From the human T2T-CHM13v2.0 reference genome, Homo sapiens, in NCBI RefSeq assembly GCF_009914755.1, contig NC_060929.1: DNA of 64,000 nt. One strand, 5' to 3'. Positions 54,766 through 64,000 of this stretch are shown piece by piece. Position numbers and translations under genes: made by a program. Below the pieces are notes generated by a model. It did not search any database and had not been told where the DNA came from. It saw only the letters and a list, made by a program, of their open reading frames with translations. Each line of letters starts with the position of its first letter. The first letter of the stretch is position 1.

Positions 54766-57299
54766 CCAGAAAATTTCTCAGTTTCCTTCAGGCCCAGCAC
54801 CCTGGAAGCCAGGGTTTTAAATGCTGCCAATCTCAGACCTTTCCCAGCCACATCGTAGTGTGAGATGATGTGGCTTCTCTCTGGGTCTTGCTCTTCAAGT
54901 CATCAAGCCCACCCTCACTTTCTTCTTACTCACATTACCCCCATCGTCTCTCTCCTTTCTGTCTGTGCCTTTCTGAGACTTTGTCCCCCTAGCATCTCAG
55001 GTCCTGAGCTTCCACACAATAAAAAGTGAGAGGTTCTTGACACCTTGATGCTATCTTGTTTCTCTTCTCCTTGCGATGAAAACTTTCCGACTATCATGCG
55101 ACGATCTCCCAGAGATCTTCCAGTGATTTGTCCCTGAGCCGACCCCATCAACATCCTTCTTCCCTGAAAACCTAACAGATAATGTGGGGAATGTGGACTC
55201 TAGGACTTGAGTTTGAGATGGGCTTCAAAAAGTACTCAAGAGCTTCAAACAAAGAAGGTACTTAATTACTGTTTTCTTAATGATTCAGGAAGAGCATTCC
55301 AGCAAAATAGAGATGTGAGTTTCTACTTTCTCTGAGTTGAAATAACACCCAAGCAAAAGCAGCATGATATAGAACAATAACTTCTTTGGAATCTGAAGAA
55401 GGTTCCAAATTCTAAATTTTCCGTGAAAACTTTTTCACTCATAAGGGGAGGAAGCAGATGTGGGGGAGGACTGTGTTTGGCAAAGGGAGAAGTGCAGGTA
55501 GGAGCAACTTCCAATTGGTGATAGACTTTCAGGTGCCAGGATGGCACAAGATTTCCATAGCTGTGTTTGTTTTCTCCGTGGGAGAGAAGGGTTGGGATCT
55601 CTCCTGGGAAAGAGGGAAAATAGCTGTGCCCCCTACAGGATCCTGTTCAGGGGCCCCATTTGTTTTCCTTCATCTCTTATTTTTATTTCTGGAAGCAGGG
55701 TTGGGCTGCCTGCAGAGCAGGGCCTCTTGTCTCCTCCAGAGCTCTCCCCACCTGGGACATCCTCTCCAATGTCCTCCCCACCCTTTCCCTGTGGCCTCAG
55801 ACCAAGTTGGACCAGGGACCAGTGCTCACTTACTCAGGAGCAGGAATGGACTCCACCAAACAAGGACCTCTTTATTTGGCCCCTGGAATCAGGCCAGGGA
55901 GGGACAGGAAATAATTGGAATAGAATATAGCAGTATTTCTTACTCCATGAGCCATTTGCAAGATGTCAGAGAATCTTCAGCTGCCCAGCATTAAAATGAA
56001 GACTAACTTCCAGCCCACCTAGGGAAGGCCTTGTCAGGGTCTCAAGAAGTGGCTGAGCTATTGAGGATGTGCATTGCAGCAGTGGGGGAAATTGGGGGAT
56101 GCAGGGCCGGTAGCAGGAAGTGCTCCGCAGCCAACCAGTAGCTGGGCTTAGTGAGTTGTTTAGAAAACACTGGAACCTTGCCTTGCTCCAAATCTTTCTT
56201 CTGTCTTTTAAAATGCTGGAAGGCACCAGGAAGCCATTATTGAACTAACTGCTTTCCCCTCCAAATAAATGAAGGTCAATTTCAAAGAAACAGTTTTGTT
56301 CTCCATAGTATTGGAACAAAATAGAAATCCCTCTCTCCATTGATTTGATCCTCCAGCCCTTTCATTCAAATGGGGGCTGACGAATTTCTACCTTCCACAA
56401 GCACAAGGTTCTCAGAGATGACTCAAGACAGAGCCACCCCGACAAACACACATTAATCTTCCAGCTCTGAGATTTCAAAACACAGGGATTTGAGTTGCCC
56501 ACAAATAAATCAATTGGTTTGAGTACTTGGCAAGGGGGAAGTTTTTACACACGGGAATCCTTCCTGGAAGAGGGAAATCCTACTAAAGTAAAACCCATTT
56601 GACCATGTATTAAATCACTAATAAGGACTTCCTAAAGCATCTACTACATGCCAGGCACTGTACCAGACACTGGGTTATCAAGCCAAAAACAAACATGGCC
56701 CCTGATTGAAGAAGGCTTACAGCCTGGTGAGATTGTATTTGTTATTGGATACATACCATGTACCAGACATTCTGCTAGGCCTCCTACAGACGTTATCTCA
56801 TTAATCCTCACAGCTACTCTAACAGGCAAAAGTAACTGCTCCCTTTTTATGGATGAATATACTGAAGCTCAGAGAGGTAAAACTTCTGGTCCAAGGTCAC
56901 ACATCAAGTAAGTGATAGGGCCAAAAGTTGAATCCAAGTCCGTCAGAACAGACCCATACCTGTTCCAGCACACCAAGGAAATGTCTGGCCCTTTTGCTGT
57001 CTGATAGCAACCTGTTTTCATAGCACATGTACTCCAGGAAACCCAGAACCACCCTGTCAAGAACTAGTAATGATGCTTCTGTTGCAAAATCTGCCTTTCT
57101 TCCACTGCCTGCTCACTTCTGAAAAAATAACCAACCTATGACATATCAGGGCAGGTCATCCATGTTCTAGCTCAGGGCTCGATGTTCTCCTGTACTGTGT
57201 ATGACAAGGGTCTCTCAGGATTGGGCATTTTGTCAGCCACCCCAACCAAAAGAAAAAGTGGGAGGGACCTTGCCCTTCTAGTGATGTGGGTTCACATCT

Positions 57300-58120
57300 T
57301 TAATCATTCATCCATTCACTGAATAAATATGTATCTATTCAGTGGGTACTGTGTCCAGGCATTATACTGACGATATAATGGTGAGCGAAATACTTATATT
57401 TCATAGAATTTGGCTCTAGTAGGGAACACAGAGATGTTGAAAAACACACATGCACAAACAAACATGAACATAAACTGCAACAAGTGACTTGAAGAAAAGG
57501 AGTGTGATGCTGCTAGAATTCTAAAACAGGGGTTAGTACATCATAGGTCCCTGAGGCAGTGACATTTAAGTGGAACCCTCAACGGTTTGGAGAAGCTAAT
57601 TCAGTGAAGGGGGCTGATAGAGGAAGAAAAGTGTGGGCAGGAGGAGGGGCACACTTGAAAGTCCTGAGGCCAGAGAGAGTGGAGAACTAACAGAGCCCAG
57701 AGAATTAGAAGGGAGGCAGGTGCGTGTCAAGGCCAGAGGCGTGGGCAGAGGCCGGGCCATGCAAGGGCTTTTAGGCCACATTAAGGACTTTAGATTTTTA
57801 TCTTAAGTGTGTTGGTCACTACAGCAGGGTTCGAAGCAGATGAAAGATACTGTCTGAATCGTGTCTTTTAAAAGTGACTGCAGCCACTGTGTGGAGCATA
57901 CACTTCAGACGAGACAGGTAGGAGGCTTTGCAGTGGCAGTGAGAGATGATGATGACCTAGACTAGGCAGGGGCAGTGGAGGTGGAGAAGCAGACAGCTTC
58001 AAGACCTGGGGATGGGTTGGTGACGGCATAAGAGAGTCCGCAAGAGAGGAAATGTGTTCAGAATAACCCTGGGGTTTCTAAGTAGATGGAGGTACCATTT
58101 GTTGAGAAGGGGAACAGAGT
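57300..58120 (-). mobile_element. L2 fragment
   Basis: CATTCATCCATTCAC..AAATAT...GGCCACATTAAGGACTTTAGATTTTATCTTAAGTG...GGAGGTGGAGAAG. Confidence 0.75.
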
Positions 58121-58254
58121 GGGAAGGGGGAGCCTGAACACAGCAAACAAGATACCTCCCAAGATTTTCCTCTGAATACATCATGCGAGGAACAATCTGC
58201 CAGACACTCTCATAAGTCAAGTAGACAGAATGTCCAACCCAAAAGCCAGGGGCT

Positions 58255-58425
58255 GTGAGCAACAGCAAATCTAGCTGCTCATCAGAAACATCTGGAGGAG
58301 GGGGCTGTTTTTAAAAGAATAGATCCTTGGACCCCATTGTAGACCTCTTGCATCAGATTCTCTCCTTGTAGTGCCAAGAATCTTAATTTTAACAAGTTTC
58401 CCAGGCGACTCTTATGCAGCCAGCA
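58255..58425. mobile_element. MER5-like (hAT-Charlie)
   Basis: ATCAGAAACATCTGG...TTTTAACAAGTTTCCCAGGCGACTCTTATGCAGCC. Confidence 0.6.
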
Positions 58426-59434
58426 CCACACAAGTCCTCCCCATGCCTAGAAACCCCTGGAAAGCTTTGCAGAGCAAGCATCGTCATCCCTGTCTTTACA
58501 GTGAGGGAACTAGAGTTCAGAGAGGTTCAGTACCTTGCCCAAGATCACACAGTTAGTAAATGGTAGAGTCTATCAAACACCACATTTGGCACTCAATAAA
58601 CATTCATTATATTATTCCTATTGTTAGTACACTTCTTCTCCAACATTTGTCTGAGATCTGGCACCCAGAGATTTTACTGGCTTATGACGAATCAGAAAGT
58701 TAGGAAAATGCTGTGTTCTTTTAAAAACTAAATGTATTTCATGTAAATGATTCTTTTTCTTCTAAAGACTGTCTTTTCTATTTGGGGACACTGAAATAGC
58801 ACTTCTTTGATGGAACGATGGTAATTAGTGGCAATAGTGTGTGAATGTCTCTGTGCGTGTGTATGTGTGTGTTGATATCCTACTTGGCAAAATTAAAAGT
58901 TAGTACCCTATGTCAATCCCTTTCAGAAATTTTTTTCAAACTTTACTGAGTCTCCTAAAGTCTTGGAATCACAGAAGACACCATGGCGGCTAGACACAAC
59001 AAATATTTGTGAGGAAAACGGGAGGGAGGAAGGAAAGAAGTGACGGCAAGAAAGAAGGAAGGAGGGCTGGGTGAATGAGTTAGCCTCAGCTTTGATGTGA
59101 GATTCGGAGATCTGGGGCAGAGGGGCAGGGAGGGGAAGAATGATGTGTGAAGAGCTATGCCTGTCAGGTCTGACAGGATGACGGGGCCAGTCGTGGTGGC
59201 ACCCACCCCTGCTGGAGCAAAACGGCTCACAGAAATGCCAGCAGGTGCGTGTGTAGCTGCAGTGCCATCACGGATGCATCTATTAAGATATGTTATGCAG
59301 GAAATGCCTTTACCTGAGTGTGTGTGTGGCTAGTAAAAATAACTGATGTCTGCTGGGCAGCACTGGAAATTGCTTTCTGCCATATCTGCCGAATGTTTCT
59401 GCAGTCACTGTGCTTCCTAACCACATTTGATAAT

Positions 59435-59680
59435 AGTAATACTAATAGCTACCATTTATTAGGTCTCATCGAGTGCCAGGCTTACTGTGCTCTCCATGCT
59501 GGCTAGGAGTTCTTTCTCTGTATTCCCTCATTTATACCTGTCCACAGGATTGTGAAGTGGGCACTGGTATTGTCCTCATTTTACAGATGAGGAAACAGAA
59601 GCTCAGAGAGATTGAGTGATTTGCCTCAGGTTACCCAGCTGATCAATGACAGAACATGGACTCTAATGCAGGCAGTCAGA
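59435..59680. mobile_element. MIR
   Basis: CATTTTACAGATGAGGAAACAGAAGCTCAGAGAG. Confidence 0.8.
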
Positions 59681-61139
59681 TGGGTTCATCATTGGAGCTC
59701 TCCTAGAGGTGGGGCTCTGAGCCAGATTTAAGAAAGTGCAGGAAGGAAACTGGGGAAGCCAGAGTTTATTCTAGAAGGAGGAAAGAAAAAGCATGTGGCT
59801 GCCCGTCATTCAGCAACCAAGAGGCACCATATCCTGGTGAGACCATAAAGAAGATAAAAATAATTGGGTCGTTCCTCTAGGAAGATAAGTCAAAATTTCT
59901 CTTGTATTATTGATGCTTTAGAAGACTTTTTTCAGCTTCACAACTTATTATTGGTAATGTCACATACGGTTTTCAGATTTTTATCAAATTTGGAGAAACA
60001 CATAAAATTTAGAGGACTTTTTTACAGTTTAGTTTCTGGCTGCATACATTTCAGACCCGGATTCACCACCACCCACCCACCTACGTGTGGTGCCAGCACC
60101 ATGGGGACACTCTTCCATCATGAATCTGCCTCTGGTCCTGCCTCTTGATGCCACAAGATCAGGTGAGTTGGCATCGTGGGCGAGAGAGTATTTCTAGAAG
60201 CCGTTTTTTCACTTTGGAGTTACTGTGGCTAGTGGTGACCTAGCTATACAGAAAGAAAAGACTGTAAACCACATACGTATATTCAACAGAACCCACACAA
60301 AATCTGTCTTAACTCAACTCTTAGCTGGTTCCCAAAAACGTCCATGGCCCCTGTATTACCACCTGCATACGGAGAAATAGGAATAATATTTAAATAAGGG
60401 GAATAACCAATTGCATTAATAAACCTTACTTCTGAAAACTTTGTGTGGCCATGGTGGGGGCATTGCAGGGCCCCTGCTCAGGTCGTGTAGGGTCCCATGA
60501 AGAGGGAAGCCCTAAGGCTACTCTCCTCAGGGCTCTCTCCAGCAACCTCGTGACTGCTCTTTCTCCTCTACCTACTGTGGACGTCTAAGCAGTGACCAAC
60601 TCTCTGCCGAACATGGGTGCTCACACAAGCTGAATGAATGAATGAATGAGTAGTACAGAGCCTAGCAGAAGAATTAAGAGTGCACTCAATTGAAGTAAAA
60701 TTATTTGCCACTTCCCAAATACACTTTGCATTTTCTTTTTTTTGTGCATTTGTTCCCTCTCCCACCAGTGTGTTTCTCATACCCTCTGAATATCCAGTTC
60801 CTGCTCGTCTGTAAACATGCGGTTCTGCTGACACCTTTCTCGCGAAGTCTTCCTGGATCCCACCCTTTTCCCCATCAGTAATCACTCCCTTTATCCCTGG
60901 TTTATGGTGCTTGTCATGTTTCTCTCTGGGGATAAATATGGATGTGCACAACTTTTGCAGCACTGCCAGGCTGCAAACCTTTGCAGGGTCCAAGTTCAAA
61001 TTGTCTTCTTGTCCTTCGTGCCCAGGGATGTGTACATAGTAAACTCAATAAAAATAGCAATGACCAATAGGATTCATACAGCGTGTACCAGACTTCTTCT
61101 AGTATTTGAACCTCCCACGGCCCACCAGATAGGTATTCA

Positions 61140-61487
<348 letters not shown>

Positions 61488-61946
61488 AAATAAGGAAATG
61501 GGCTCAGGGGGGTTAAGTGGCTTGTCTCCTTCCTCAAAACTACCACAAGTTCATTAAAAAGAGACTGTCATAGACTGGTATTCTAAAACCAAAATGCCAA
61601 TCTGGGCCTGGTCATGAAGCCGGTGAAGCGAGATTGGCTAGGTCAAGACCCGTGTGGACACAAGGTAGGATCTTGAAAATGGATGGCCTCTTCATTCTTT
61701 ATCAAAAGGCTGCCGTTCCACCTGCCTCTGGGGGAGATTGTCCCATTGCCAATTGGCCCTTACATTCCCTCACCCTCTAGCCATGGTCACCTGCCTCTCA
61801 CCTCTGAGAGGGATATGGTCAGAGTTGATCCCTGCAGAAGCAGGAAAAGAGGAAACTATTCCAGTGACTTTATAGCAGAGCCAGATAGAGACCTCTAAAG
61901 GCCTAAGGTATTGAAAAGGGAATAATAAAATTATAAATTAAAACAT

Positions 61947-61947
<1 letters not shown>

Positions 61948-61998
<51 letters not shown>
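61948..61998. repeat. (CA)25 microsatellite
   Basis: Uninterrupted CA run. Confidence 0.95.
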
Positions 61999-62000
<2 letters not shown>

Positions 62001-62180
62001 ATGCATAGAACCCTAAAAAAAATGTAAGGAAGGCCAACAATATTCTGATTCTTTCCATGGAGGTAACTTTGATTTCTTTAATATCAGATTATTTCACCAA
62101 AAATACAGGTGCCCCAGCTTTGCGAATGCTCTGAAGACACACTGGGTCTTTCTGTTGGGTAATATATCACTGTTTTCTAA

Positions 62181-62314
62181 TAGGGTGACCATATGTCCCA
62201 TTTCACTGAGATGGTCTCCTTTTATGCCTATTATCAAAGCATAATTATACTTATTATAATAACCCTTTCTTATTTTCAAAAGTGTCTCAATTTGAACAAT
62301 AAAAATGTCTCCCT
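62181..62314. mobile_element. MER94-like (hAT-Blackjack)
   Basis: TAGGGTGACCATATGTCCC...GTGTCTCAATTTGAACAATAAA..TGTCTCCCTG. Confidence 0.6.
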
Positions 62315-63624
62315 GTTTTAAAACCTGGAATAAGGGTGTTTATAGTGCAGATGTCCAATAGTACACCAGTTTCACACCAGAGCCTCAGATGGGGAGGAAA
62401 GAGAAACTGGCACTAACAGCCTCAACAGTCCAGGGAAAGATTCATGATGAGAGAGCAAAGCCATCATCCGTTTAAAAAGGAAAAATGTGACTTACTATGT
62501 GTGTATTTCGTGGGAAGCAGGAGTTTTGCAAATGTGGGCTTGAAATTTTTAAATAAAGTGTTCATTTATTTTACTTGCCGCGATGACATGAGTGAGTGGC
62601 TGAGCTAAGATTTGAATCTATGGCTGGCCAGCCCTAAATACTTAGGGAATAAATGATTAAATGAAGGAATGGATCAATTTCAGCACAAGCTAAAAGGTGC
62701 CATCTGAATGATGGGTGTCTTCAGAATGCAGAGGAGACAGAAAGAAGAGTGGGCTGAAATAAGATTTGGGGGAGGAAAAGGAAAGTGAGCTGTGTTTTAA
62801 GGACTTGTAAGGCTGGAATCAGTGCAGGGGGAGGGCCATCTTCACCCCACCCATCATCACCCCTCCTGGCATGACAGCACCATGAGTCAGCTCAGGATAC
62901 AGTAGAATCTGTCCACATTGGCAGGCTCTGCTCTTACGACTCTATTGACAGCACACTCCTGGCCACACTCACCCGCAGCTCATCTGACCACCCTTTGAAC
63001 ACTCAAGTGCCCCTCTCTGGTGCGAGCACAGGAATTGTGCTATAAAAGTTGCACCAACGAGCAGTTCAGTTTAAAGTGTTCAGAAACAGAATGTTCTAGC
63101 ACATGTAAGTGGCCCATTCCTCCTAGAGCCCCATTTAACTTTTTCCAAGTGTGTCTGCCTACAGTGTCTTGCTCCCCGCTAAGCTTTCTCTCTCCTGTTG
63201 GGATGAATTTGGGGCTTGGTTTTGCACAAGAATTTTTTGAAATTCTTCAAGACAGAGTTTCCTGCCAGGCTAATGTGCATTGCTTAGAGGCTGAGCTTAG
63301 CACCCTGGCCGTGCCCCAAAAGGAGGTTAAAATGGGACCAAGGGCAAGCCGGGCTCACTGTCATTCGCAGGCGTCAGCCCCAGGGCTCACACCACCAGCA
63401 CTGGGCCGGGCGGAGATCCAGGGAGGCAGCTGGTTGGGGAGGAGGAGGATCCACCAACTGGAACAGCAACAAAAAATTGCATCTCCGATTCATATATTCA
63501 GGCCATTAATCAGCCCCCGGCATCAAGAGGAAGCAGTAGGGTCCCTTCTCCCAGCTTCTAGGGACACTCCCCACAGCGCCCATTTGTGATTCCTTGTCCC
63601 CAGCCCTTTAGCATTTACCTTAAC

Positions 63625-64000
63625 ACCAAGGTTCCTTGGCTCCATTGTTTCGCGGACCCCTTTGGCAATCTGATGAAGCCCCTTCTCACAGTCAACACAT
63701 CAAATAAAAGACACAGGATTTCAAAGAAAACCAATTATATTGAAATACAGTTATAATGTTGAAAAAACAAATTTATTATAGAGTAAAAAAAGTCCTTTAA
63801 CATATTAAATAAACAAGATCTAGCAGCAAGTCAAATAAATAACTACTATAATTTTGAAGTACTGACAAGTGGAAATATTTCAAGATATCTGCAACAAATG
63901 TAATGTTATATCACAGATCTGATTTCTATTGGTGACAAATCCTGCTGACTCTAGTGTGGCTGCTTGCCCACTTTCCTATCAAAGGAAATGCAAACTTTCA
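63625..64000 (+). mobile_element. hAT-Charlie fossil (Charlie4a-like), runs off the window end
   Basis: GGACCCCTTTGGCAATCTGATGAAGCC...AAACCAATTATATTGAAATACAGTTAT. Confidence 0.65.

Noticed and set aside
63020-63589. 189-aa intronic ORF; also the 178-aa ORF at 55458-55994
   Set aside because: No recognisable homology or coding-like composition; length compatible with chance in 64 kb; the 63020 frame starts at GTG.

Overview
Human-type genomic DNA containing the 5' part of ADRA1B (alpha-1B adrenergic receptor, class A GPCR) on the + strand. It holds a CpG-island promoter (~50.7-52.1 kb), the first coding exon (ATG 51472 to donor at 52420/52421; TM1-TM6) and ~11.6 kb of the large intron that follows; the exon encoding TM7 and the C-tail is outside the window. 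The ~50 kb upstream is non-coding and filled with primate and mammalian repeats: Alu J/S/Yb8, L1PA/L1M, L2, L3/CR1, MIR, MaLR solo LTRs and hAT/TcMar fossils. An AluYb8 indicates a human sequence. Nearly all other ORFs in the track are repeat-derived or chance. I found no new multi-gene system. The most notable observations: (1) a 62-nt non-coding exon plus a second acceptor inside the 5'UTR, implying a spliced transcript from a more distal promoter; (2) uORFs, one in strong Kozak context that stops 1 nt before the ADRA1B start; (3) a local templated insertion with template switching at ~23.2 kb; (4) a young AluYb8 and a tail-less Alu that may be internally primed; (5) a MEF2/TEAD/AP-1/EBF motif cluster. 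Repeat subfamily names and most repeat boundaries are by eye and approximate.
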